Origin: Gammaproteobacteria bacterium
GTDB taxonomy: Bacteria > Pseudomonadota > Gammaproteobacteria > UBA4575
Direction: 5' to 3'
Length of the DNA stretch: 64,000 nt
Assembly (NCBI GenBank): GCA_045105615.1
Contig: JBGCDS010000030.1
Coordinates: 16,498 to 80,497 of the forward strand
The notes under the pieces were generated by a model. It had not been told where the DNA came from, made no database searches, and worked only from the letters and a program-made list of their open reading frames with translations. Made by a program: the position numbers and the translations under genes. This document shows, in pieces, positions 30,836-39,061 of the stretch (its first letter is position 1; each line of letters begins with the position of its first letter).

Positions 30836-32113
30836 TTAGTAATTTTGTCCTGAACACTTCTTAGTTTCAGTGTTGAAGTTACCGCAGTTGATTGCCGGAT
30901 CAGCCCAATCAGATACAATCAATGCACTTTCTGGAAGGTAATCCGTCCAGGCATCACCTTTAACTTCACCATCAGTTGACCAAACAATTTCAAATTGGCC
31001 GTCATCTTGTATCTCACCTATTAGAACGGGTTTAGATAAATGGTGGTTTGTATTCATCACTGCAGTACCGCCTGTTAAGTTTGGAATTTCCAATCCGTAC
31101 ATAGCAGGGCGAACTTTATCAACTTCTGTAGTCCCAGCGGTTGTGACAGCTTGTGCCCACATTTTGAAACCAATGTATGTGGCTTCCATTGGATCGTTGG
31201 TTACGCGCTCTTCGTTACCAATAAACGTTTGCCATGCTTCAATGAATTGATCATTTACTTCGCTTTCAGCACTTTGAAAGTAATTCCATGCCGCAAGGTG
31301 TCCAACTAATGGTGTGGTATCAATACCCGAAAGTTCTTCTTCTCCAACCGAGAATGCAACTACCGGAATATCTTCTGCTGACATGCCTTGATTACCTAAC
31401 TCTTTGTAGAATGGTACGTTTGCATCTCCATTAATAGTTGAGACAACCGCTGTTTTCTTGCCTGCAGAACCAAATTGCTTAATGTCAGAAACAATTGTTT
31501 GCCAATCAGAGTGACCGAAAGGTGTGTAGTTGATCATAATATCTTTTTCATCAACACCTTTAAGCTTCAAATAGGCTTCTAGAATTTTGTTGGTTGTACG
31601 TGGATATACATAATCCGTTCCTGCAAGTACCCAACGTTCAACACCGCCATCCATTAAGTAATCAACGGCTGGAATGGCCTGCTGGTTTGGTGAAGCACCT
31701 GTGTAGAACACATTTTTAGATGATTCTTCGCCCTCGTACTGAACTGGATAGAATAAAAGTCCATTTAATTCTTCAACAACTGGAAGCACCGACTTTCTTG
31801 ATACTGATGTCCAGCAACCGAAAATCACATCTACTTTATGAACTTCGATTAATTCTCGCATTTTCTCAGCGAATAAAGGCCAGTCTGATGCTGGGTCTAC
31901 AACAACCGCTTCTAACTGCTTGCCTAAAAGGCCGCCTGCTTTATTTTGTTCCTCAATCATCATTAACACAGTGTCTTTTAGTGTTGTTTCACTAATTGCC
32001 ATAGTGCCGGATAACGAGTGAAGCACGCCTACTTTTATAGTGTCTGAGAATGCGTTTGATGACCATGCAATCATCGCAACACATAACACTGACCACAAAC
32101 TCAACTTTTTCAT
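30836..32113 (-). CDS. urtA: Urea ABC transporter substrate-binding protein UrtA
   Basis: 425 aa. Signal peptide and a LivJ/amide-binding type periplasmic fold (IKVGVLHSLSGTMAISE). First gene of the urt set. Confidence 0.9.
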   Translation of the reverse strand: MKKLSLWSVLCVAMIAWSSNAFSDTIKVGVLHSLSGTMAISETTLKDTVLMMIEEQNKAGGLLGKQLEAVVVDPASDWPLFAEKMRELIEVHKVDVIFGCWTSVSRKSVLPVVEELNGLLFYPVQYEGEESSKNVFYTGASPNQQAIPAVDYLMDGGVERWVLAGTDYVYPRTTNKILEAYLKLKGVDEKDIMINYTPFGHSDWQTIVSDIKQFGSAGKKTAVVSTINGDANVPFYKELGNQGMSAEDIPVVAFSVGEEELSGIDTTPLVGHLAAWNYFQSAESEVNDQFIEAWQTFIGNEERVTNDPMEATYIGFKMWAQAVTTAGTTEVDKVRPAMYGLEIPNLTGGTAVMNTNHHLSKPVLIGEIQDDGQFEIVWSTDGEVKGDAWTDYLPESALIVSDWADPAINCGNFNTETKKCSGQNY

Positions 32114-32669
32114 TTAATTCTCCAGTGGTTAATATTCGAAGTTCTAAAATAGGGCGTGCATCATGTTCGGCTACTTGGCCGCATTATCATTGTGCGTAAT
32201 GCCCATAGTTAGGTCTCTTCACGTTCTGTGCCATAAATTTTTTTGCATGATTAAAATATTGAATTGTTTCTTTAAGTGAATGAAATATATATAGATATCC
32301 TATAGGTATATTTTCAAAGAAGTGGCTATTCTGAATCTTGAAGGTATTGGTCGCGTATTAAATGCACTAAAATAGAGCGTAATAGCAATTAAACGCGCAT
32401 AAATAGTGCGAAGTGAAGATTTTATAGAGAATAACTATTCTAACAGTGCTTTAAATATCGTATTACCAAGTTTTAATGATTTTATGTTATTTGTATAGGT
32501 TTCGGTTAAGTAGTGATAATTGGTAACTAACTGAAAATAAATAATAAATTATATTAAATCTGTACATTGAGGTATTATTTATAAGATTTATGCTTTATGT
32601 ACACATGTACAAATCCATGTGTATAGCGTTAGTATAAGCAATACAAATGTAAACGTAGGGAATAATGTT

Positions 32670-33668
32670 ATGGAAACACAAATTAGTAACGACGAATATA
32701 AGATTGGTGCTGTATCTAAAATTACAGGGATAGGTACAGAAACCTTACGCGCATGGGAGCGTCGCTATCATGCAGTTGTGCCAAGTCGTTCTGAGTCAGG
32801 TGACCGCGTTTACAATAGTGAAGATTTGGCAAAATTGTTTTTACTGAAGAATTTATCTGATGCGGGCAATTCAATTGGCACCATCGCAAGACTTTCTACT
32901 CAAGAACTCAAGAGTAAATGGGAAAATAGCATACAGTTAAGCGAGCTAGGCTCGAATCAATTCAATATTCATGAAAGTCATGAAATGACAAGCAGTCAAG
33001 CTTGCCGTGTACTATTGCTTGGAGAGGATTTCCCTTTGAGGGTGCTGGATGGGATGTCTGATTTTAAGGGCATTGAGTTGCTTGGCCATGTTGATTCTAT
33101 CGAAGACTGGAAACAAACTGATCTAACCTCATTAGTGAATGTCGCTATTATTGAGCGACCGACCATAAATAAAGAGACAAGGAAATATGTATCCAAGCTG
33201 CTAAAGGAAATGGGTGTTTGGCATGTCATAGTCTTATATGGATTCGGTTCTCAATTAGAGATTAATCAATTGCAAAGTCCGCAGGTAAGCGCAATTAGGT
33301 CGTCGATTGATGTTTATGAATTGGCTCGCTTGTGTATAGATCGATCTGGGGGTGACTCAAAGAATTTGGTCGTTTCTAGTGGTTCAACTGTGTTCGATGA
33401 AGATTCTATTCCTACGCGGCGATACAGTGCTAAACAGTTAGGAAACTTGGCGAGAATATCTTCGCCAATTCAATGTGAATGTCCCAAACATTTGTCTGAC
33501 TTGATTAAGAGCTTGGTTGCATTTGAAATTTATAGTGCTGAATGTGAGAGTAAAAATGATCGTGATGCTGATTTGCATGCGTATCTACATGCTACCTCAG
33601 CGCAATCTCGCGCTATCCTTGAAGATGCGCTGGCTCATATAATTAAGCATGAGAATATACAGATTTAA
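32670..33668 (+). CDS. MerR-family transcriptional regulator with an atypical long C-terminal region
   Basis: N-terminal MerR HTH YKIGAVSKITGIGTETLRAWERRY...SGDRVYNSEDL. The middle region looks like a Rossmann/receiver fold (RVLLLGEDFPL...). The C-terminal segment is Cys/His-containing (QCECPKH...AECES). ATG 32670 is preferred over the GTG at 32619. Confidence 0.7.
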   Translation: METQISNDEYKIGAVSKITGIGTETLRAWERRYHAVVPSRSESGDRVYNSEDLAKLFLLKNLSDAGNSIGTIARLSTQELKSKWENSIQLSELGSNQFNIHESHEMTSSQACRVLLLGEDFPLRVLDGMSDFKGIELLGHVDSIEDWKQTDLTSLVNVAIIERPTINKETRKYVSKLLKEMGVWHVIVLYGFGSQLEINQLQSPQVSAIRSSIDVYELARLCIDRSGGDSKNLVVSSGSTVFDEDSIPTRRYSAKQLGNLARISSPIQCECPKHLSDLIKSLVAFEIYSAECESKNDRDADLHAYLHATSAQSRAILEDALAHIIKHENIQI

Positions 33669-34014
33669 ATGTTATTTAATCGGATGAATTGCTACGTTGA
33701 TTTGGTTGCTTTTCGATAGGCAATTACTTTGTGATGATTTTTGCATAAGTAGCTTAAAAGTAACTGTTTGATTGTTTGAGGTATCATAATTTCGTCTGCT
33801 TTTTGTCTCGTCTAAGTATTTCCTTTTTGCGCTACATTTTATAGTGATTTTTTTTGGACTTGTTGCTATTCCACTTAGCCAAGAGCTAATTACGCTCATC
33901 AGATTCCATGATAACGTCAAGATGTTGATTGTTATGTTGCTCGCCAATGGAGTCGATCATCGATTTTAATCAAGAAACGGTGACTAAAATTATATCAATA
34001 ATTTAATTAATAAC

Positions 34015-34803
34015 ATGGTGGGTAAAATGCAGTCGGAAAACGTAGCGGAATATGATGAGGTGCTTGATGAGGATCAAGTCAATCATCAAGATAGTATTGT
34101 ACGTGAAAAGTTAGATCAAAGAATTCGTCCATACTTTTTGATTACAGGGTTTCTGTTTGCTTTTCTTTTGCTGGAAACATATCGTTGGTATATGGGTGTT
34201 CCGCCTATGCCGATAGTAGTGCTTGGGTTGTTTATTGCATCAGTAGTATTTGTTGCGTATCAACTTGCAGATTACAAAGATCACTTTCGTTTTTTACGTC
34301 TAGGTAAGCAGGGTGAGCCGCAGCTGCAAGACGCAATTAAGTTGCATAGCGATCAAACGGGTAGTACGGTTTATAAAGAGGTTGTGATGGGTAAGCAAAA
34401 AATTGATTATGTTATTGCTAATCAATCTGGTGTCGTGCTTATTAATGTTTGTGACTGGCGTACGCCTTCCAATGACGAGGCAATTATTAATTATGGTGAC
34501 GAGCAGATTCTGCTTAACGGATATAGACCGGATGCAAACCCAATAGAACCACTTAAAAATGTTAAGCAATGGATTGAAAATAAGCTCTATGCAAGCCTTG
34601 GTAAGCCAATTGATGTGGAATGCTTGGTTGTATTTCCAGAATGGTTCGTAAGGTCAGCAAGAGAGCATGTTGTTGTTCGAGTGATTAACCCTCGTGAACT
34701 TGGAAAAGTGCTAGAAGAGCGAACTAATGTTTTATCAGATAATGATAAGACGTTACTTAACTACAATATCTCTAAGCTTATTAATAAGAAGATAAGTAGC
34801 TAA
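34015..34803 (+). CDS. Membrane-anchored NERD (nuclease-related domain) protein
   Basis: Two predicted TM helices, then a NERD-like core: GKQGEPQLQDAIK, IDYVIANQSGVVLINVCDW, and a late VVFPEWF segment. Confidence 0.6.
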   Translation: MVGKMQSENVAEYDEVLDEDQVNHQDSIVREKLDQRIRPYFLITGFLFAFLLLETYRWYMGVPPMPIVVLGLFIASVVFVAYQLADYKDHFRFLRLGKQGEPQLQDAIKLHSDQTGSTVYKEVVMGKQKIDYVIANQSGVVLINVCDWRTPSNDEAIINYGDEQILLNGYRPDANPIEPLKNVKQWIENKLYASLGKPIDVECLVVFPEWFVRSAREHVVVRVINPRELGKVLEERTNVLSDNDKTLLNYNISKLINKKISS

Positions 34804-34821
34804 CTTTATGAATATGATATA

Positions 34822-34852
34822 TCAAGCACGGGTTATGAAAACTCGTGCTTGA
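34822..34852. terminator. Bidirectional hairpin terminator between convergent genes
   Basis: TCAAGCACG-13 nt loop-CGTGCTTGA, a perfect 9-bp stem. Lies between the NERD stop (34803) and the ferredoxin stop (34863). Confidence 0.6.
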
Positions 34853-34862
34853 ATGATTAGCC

Positions 34863-35177
34863 CTAGTTAATCGAGCCTTGCTCAAAATCTACTTCTACTT
34901 CAATATCGCTTTGAAGCCTTGATTGACAAGCTAGAACCATGCCGCTCTTCAATTGCTCGCCATCTAGCACGTAAGAAAAATCATTTAGTGGTTTAATCTT
35001 TCCGCTCTTAATCGTCGCACGACATGAACCGCAGCTTCCTACGCGACAATCATGTGGCCATTCAATCCCTGCATTTAATGCAGCTTGTAATAGATTGATT
35101 CCGCCGGTCACTTCGAAACTTTGTCCCGTATTAACAATAGTGGCTGTGAAATCTTTCTTTTTTCCTAATCCAAACAT
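34863..35177 (-). CDS. Plant-type 2Fe-2S ferredoxin
   Basis: 104 aa. CRVGSCGSCRATIKSGKI and LACQS give the Cys-X4-Cys-X2-Cys...Cys ligand pattern. Confidence 0.85.
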   Translation of the reverse strand: MFGLGKKKDFTATIVNTGQSFEVTGGINLLQAALNAGIEWPHDCRVGSCGSCRATIKSGKIKPLNDFSYVLDGEQLKSGMVLACQSRLQSDIEVEVDFEQGSIN

Positions 35178-35294
35178 TTGTAATCTCCAAGCTTAATTAC
35201 GTCCAGTGTATTGCCCTAAAGACTAGTAAGGGCGGTATATGGTAATAATAAGTTTTAAATTTAACGAAACTTATCGGCAGTTTTAAGTGCCAAA

Positions 35295-35471
35295 TTATTT
35301 TGTAGAAATATTAAAAGGTAGGTAAGCCGGACACCATGCGGATACTCCAGTGAATACCAATACTATTCCAATAATTCCCCACCATGATGAAAGGGCAAAC
35401 CCGATTCCTATGATGAGTAGGCCAATGAGGATTCTGGCCATTCTTTCTGTATCGCCTACATTGCATGTCAT
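35295..35471 (-). CDS. Unlisted DUF2892 (YgaP-like transmembrane domain) protein, 58 aa
   Basis: My own translation is MTCNVGDTERMARILIGLLIIGIGFALSSWWGIIGIVLVFTGVSAWCPAYLPFNISTK. It shows the CNVG..ER..R...G and G.S.WCP.Y pattern typical of DUF2892. Confidence 0.65.
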   Translation of the reverse strand: MTCNVGDTERMARILIGLLIIGIGFALSSWWGIIGIVLVFTGVSAWCPAYLPFNISTK

Positions 35472-35659
35472 AATTAAATACCTTAAATTAAATAGTGTTA
35501 TTGAGTGAGTTTATACTAAATTGCTACTAAATCTAAGCCTAATTCTACCTCGTATAAGTAACGAGACCTAGCTAGAATAGCGTGTTCGTACAGGATAATC
35601 TTAATACTCAGATCATTTCATATGTAATTGATGGAAAAGCAGAAAATATCGAATAAATT

Positions 35660-36214
35660 ATGAAAGATAATAGTGTTAAGCCAGGTCTAGTCATTATGAA
35701 TACGAAAGAGCAAGGATTTGAATCCATGGTTCATGCCTATTCGAAGGACCTTTATAGGTATGGGTATTGGCTGAGCAAGGATAATGGGATAGCAGAAGAC
35801 CTGGTGCAAGAGACGTTTTTGCGAGCATGGCGAGCAATCGATTCTTTAAACGATGCAAAAGCGGCAAAAAGTTGGCTTTTCACAATTTTACGACGTGAAA
35901 ATGCACGTCGATTTGAGAAAAAGAGTGCTCAAGCTGAATTGACAACGCTCGATGATGAAATGGTGGAAATATTTGCGACTGTCGATGACGATTTTGCGAA
36001 CGTTGATAATATTGCTGTTCGCGCAGCATTACGCCAATTGCCAGCATCCTATGCCGAGCCGTTGGTTTTACAGGTGATTGGTGGTTATTCGTGTGACGAA
36101 ATTGCGACCATTATCGATGCTAAGCCAGGCGCGGTGATGACTCGAGTTTTCAGAGCCAGACAAAAATTAAGAAAGCTATTAGAAGAGGAAGAGACCAGAA
36201 TGGTCTCAATATAG
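35660..36214 (+). CDS. ECF-type RNA polymerase sigma factor
   Basis: 184 aa. Region 2 DLVQETFLRAWRA. Region 4 SCDEIATIIDAKPGAVMTRVFRARQKLR. Confidence 0.88.
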   Translation: MKDNSVKPGLVIMNTKEQGFESMVHAYSKDLYRYGYWLSKDNGIAEDLVQETFLRAWRAIDSLNDAKAAKSWLFTILRRENARRFEKKSAQAELTTLDDEMVEIFATVDDDFANVDNIAVRAALRQLPASYAEPLVLQVIGGYSCDEIATIIDAKPGAVMTRVFRARQKLRKLLEEEETRMVSI

Positions 36215-36216
36215 AT

Positions 36217-36924
36217 ATGGATGATATGAATTGTTTAGCGGCAAGACGCATTATTACTACCGATATCACTGATAAAAGCAATGCTTTTGTTCAGCATGTT
36301 GCTAGTTGCTCGACTTGTAAATCTTTTTATGAGAAGCAACTTAAGTTTAATGCGGTCTTAAAGAAAGCGGTTGATATTGATGTTCCAGAAGGTTTGGCTT
36401 CACGTATTCTAGTTGAACATAGTCTCAATAAGAGAAAGCAAGGCAATCAAAAGTACCGTTGGAGTGCAATCGCAGCTAGTGTCATGTTGGTATTTGCTGT
36501 CTCAATTGTTTCTACGTTTAATACACAGCCTGCGATTGCAGGTGTGATTTTAGAACATGCACATGATGAGCTTTGGGTGTTGGAAGACAAGGATCACGTG
36601 ACTTTAGAAAGTCTAAATCAATTATTAAAGCCGCATGGTGTGAAAGCGGATGATAATATTGGCTATGCGACACATGCGGGTAATTGCATCATCCAAGGTA
36701 AAGTGGGTGTGCATATTGTTTTTGCTGGTGAAAATGCGCCGGTGACATTGATTGTTTTCCCTGAACCTTTAGACCATAAAGAAAGTGTCCGTATAAGTGA
36801 TCATTTTTTTAAAGGTGTTTTGATGGGAACTAACAAAGGAACGTTAGCATTATTGTCTGAAGATGAAGAATCTTTGAAGAAATTTGAGGCTAGATTAAAT
36901 ACTTCTTTGATGACGTTTATCTAA
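36217..36924 (+). CDS. Anti-sigma factor (DUF3379-like, single-pass membrane protein)
   Basis: Starts 3 nt after the sigma gene stop. N-terminal C...H...C..C zinc-finger-like anti-sigma segment (CLAARR...HVASCSTC), a central TM helix and a periplasmic C-terminal domain. Confidence 0.7.
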   Translation: MDDMNCLAARRIITTDITDKSNAFVQHVASCSTCKSFYEKQLKFNAVLKKAVDIDVPEGLASRILVEHSLNKRKQGNQKYRWSAIAASVMLVFAVSIVSTFNTQPAIAGVILEHAHDELWVLEDKDHVTLESLNQLLKPHGVKADDNIGYATHAGNCIIQGKVGVHIVFAGENAPVTLIVFPEPLDHKESVRISDHFFKGVLMGTNKGTLALLSEDEESLKKFEARLNTSLMTFI

Positions 36925-36948
36925 CTCAAACTAGTTTTTAACTACAAG

Positions 36949-36976
36949 GCGCAGCCGTTTACGGCTGCGCTTTTTT
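36949..36976. terminator. Rho-independent terminator (bidirectional)
   Basis: GCGCAGCCG-TTTA-CGGCTGCGC followed by TTTTTT. Lies between the anti-sigma stop and the sat stop. Confidence 0.85.
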
Positions 36977-36981
36977 ATGTC

Positions 36982-38166
36982 TTAACTATTTTGATAGTGT
37001 TCCATTAATATCTTAGCAACTTCTGGTCTCGCAAATTCCATTGGTAGATCTTCTCCTGCTGCTAGCATTTCACGTACTTTAGTGCCTGAGAGTAATACAA
37101 AGTCTTCTTTGCTGTGATCAGGTGCATCTCGCATCATCACGACTTTATCGAGTTTCTTTGAGTAAGCAGTATGGTCAGCATTGAATATTTCTATTTCTAA
37201 TGCATCGTCTGGGACTTGATCATCAAAGATGGTTTGTGCATCAAAAGCACCGTAGTAATCGCCAACACCAGCATGATCACGACCAATAATGAAATGGGTG
37301 CAACCACAATTTTGTCTAAATACTGCATGTAGCACTGCTTCTCTTGGTCCGGCATATAGCATGTCGAATCCATAGCCAGTAATCATCACTGTATTAGGTG
37401 GGAAATATAGCTCAACCATTTTACGTATTGCAGCGTCTCGTACAGGGGCAGGAATATCGCCTGGTTTCAATTGGCCTAATAACATATGGATGAGAACACC
37501 GTCTGCATTGGTCGATTCTTTTGCCATTTTGCATAACTCTTCGTGTGCGCGATGCATGGGATTTCGAGTTTGAAATGCCACTGTTTTTTTCCAGCCGCAT
37601 TTTTCAATTTCAGCACGAATCTGTACGGCCGTTCTAAACGTGCCAGGAAATTCGGTTTCAAAGTAACTGTAATTTAAAACTTCAATCGGGCCAGAAACTA
37701 CATTATTACCAAGTGAGGTAAAAGTGGCTACACCAGGATGATCGGCATCTTTGGTAGCGTAGACTTTTTGCGTGATTAAATCTAACTCGTCTTGACTGAG
37801 TTGTTCTATATTCTCAACCGTTTGAATGGCGACCACTGGGTTGCCATCTACATTAGGATCTAATAGTGCAATTCTTTTATGGCCACTGATCTCGGAAATG
37901 TCTTTACACAAATTCAGTACAGGGGTAGGCCAAAAAAGCCCACTGCTTGTATGCATGTTATTGGCAACGGAAATTGCGTCTGCCTTATTCATATAGCCAG
38001 CGAGTGGAGTGAAGTATCCAGCACCTAGCATGACTGCATTGGCAGCGGTGGCAGAATTGACAAGTAATTTAGGAAGCGTCTCTGCTTCTTTTAATAATGC
38101 TGCACGTTTCTCATCATTTTCCACGTAAAGTGGGATGAGTTTTGCTCCTCCATGCGGTTTTATCAT
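36982..38166 (-). CDS. sat: Sulfate adenylyltransferase (ATP sulfurylase, homo-oligomeric Sat type)
   Basis: 394 aa. QTRNPMHRAHEEL and HFIIGRDHAGVG motifs. Confidence 0.93.
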   Translation of the reverse strand: MIKPHGGAKLIPLYVENDEKRAALLKEAETLPKLLVNSATAANAVMLGAGYFTPLAGYMNKADAISVANNMHTSSGLFWPTPVLNLCKDISEISGHKRIALLDPNVDGNPVVAIQTVENIEQLSQDELDLITQKVYATKDADHPGVATFTSLGNNVVSGPIEVLNYSYFETEFPGTFRTAVQIRAEIEKCGWKKTVAFQTRNPMHRAHEELCKMAKESTNADGVLIHMLLGQLKPGDIPAPVRDAAIRKMVELYFPPNTVMITGYGFDMLYAGPREAVLHAVFRQNCGCTHFIIGRDHAGVGDYYGAFDAQTIFDDQVPDDALEIEIFNADHTAYSKKLDKVVMMRDAPDHSKEDFVLLSGTKVREMLAAGEDLPMEFARPEVAKILMEHYQNS

Positions 38167-38817
38167 CGCATACTCCTGTTGGTTGAATTTATGTCGTTAT
38201 TATTATTTTTTATCTTTATTTGTAGGTGAATCGAGCTTATTCAATAAGCTTGGAGATAGTATCATTAACACAATTTCAGGCAAACTTGACAAGCTTATTT
38301 ACCGTATTTCACGTTCGGGATGACCGGATCAATCGCTGAGTCAGCCTAGATTTGCTGATTGGTGGGAGTATCACCGCTGATACTCGCTAAGTGTAATCTG
38401 CCAGCTTGCTGGTTTTAGACAAACAATCCTCGAGAAAAACCAGTACTTGGAGGCTGCTCTGCTTATTATGCCTATTCGAAATGAGTGCAAGATTGAAAAA
38501 AGGTAGTGTTGTCTATTCGCTGCACGTTTCTTAATGTACCGCTGTTAAAGCAGTCAGTGTTAACTCATATTTCATTTAGTTAATGTCTCTGGATAACCTT
38601 GGTTGTTTTAGAAAAGTAATAATTTTTTCTGCTAAAAAAACCCACTATCTATTAGTAGGATATGTTTGCTCTAGTATTTTTAATGAATAATTCTTGTTTG
38701 TGAAATGTTCTATCTATCTAAAATCTAAATAGAAACTGTTAATCCGATCACATTGCATTTTGACTTGCTATGCTAATCTAATTCTGTAATTAAACGTAGT
38801 TATGTCAGGGGATTTTT

Positions 38818-39015
38818 ATGTTGTTAACAAGTGCGGTCATCGTTGCTTGGTTTGCAGGACTATTAGTTATGTTCAGTGGCTTTGAACGTTCTCAAGAATT
38901 GAAATCAGGAGCGTTAATTGTTGATCAGCAAAAGCGTAATAAATTAACATTTGGTTTAGGTATTTATTTGGTCATTAGTTTAGGGCTGCTAGTAGTGTTT
39001 GTTACTCAGGCATAA
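38818..39015 (+). CDS. Hypothetical small membrane protein (65 aa, two TM helices)
   Basis: ORF with an AGGGGA RBS 6 nt upstream. No recognisable family. Confidence 0.4.
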   Translation: MLLTSAVIVAWFAGLLVMFSGFERSQELKSGALIVDQQKRNKLTFGLGIYLVISLGLLVVFVTQA

Positions 39016-39061
39016 TAACAGAACATCGTTTAATTTTTCTTTTATACTCCTCACAAGATAT

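Noticed and set aside
32217-32233. A perfect TGGCAC (-24 element) on the minus strand upstream of urtA, suggesting a sigma-54/NtrC promoter for the urea genes.
   Set aside because: The position 12 nt downstream reads GA, not the essential GC of the -12 element (TGGCACagaacGTGAA). I also found no convincing NtrC dyad nearby.
33672-33947. A 91-aa minus-strand ORF in the gap between the MerR-like and NERD genes.
   Set aside because: It has a TTG start without an RBS, low-complexity Ser/Asn/Lys/Ile-rich composition typical of random ORFs in AT-rich DNA, and no motif.
38135-38323. A 62-aa plus-strand ORF overlapping the sat start and running into the intergenic region.
   Set aside because: It overlaps the sat 5' end antisense and has no RBS. 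The hydrophobic, low-complexity sequence has no family resemblance.
38099-38531. An exact 13-nt direct repeat GCTGCACGTTTCT at 38099-38111 (inside the sat 5' coding region) and at 38519-38531 (upstream intergenic region).
   Set aside because: The flanks show no further similarity. With this many local k-mer pairs across a 64-kb window, one 13-mer coincidence is roughly expected by chance.
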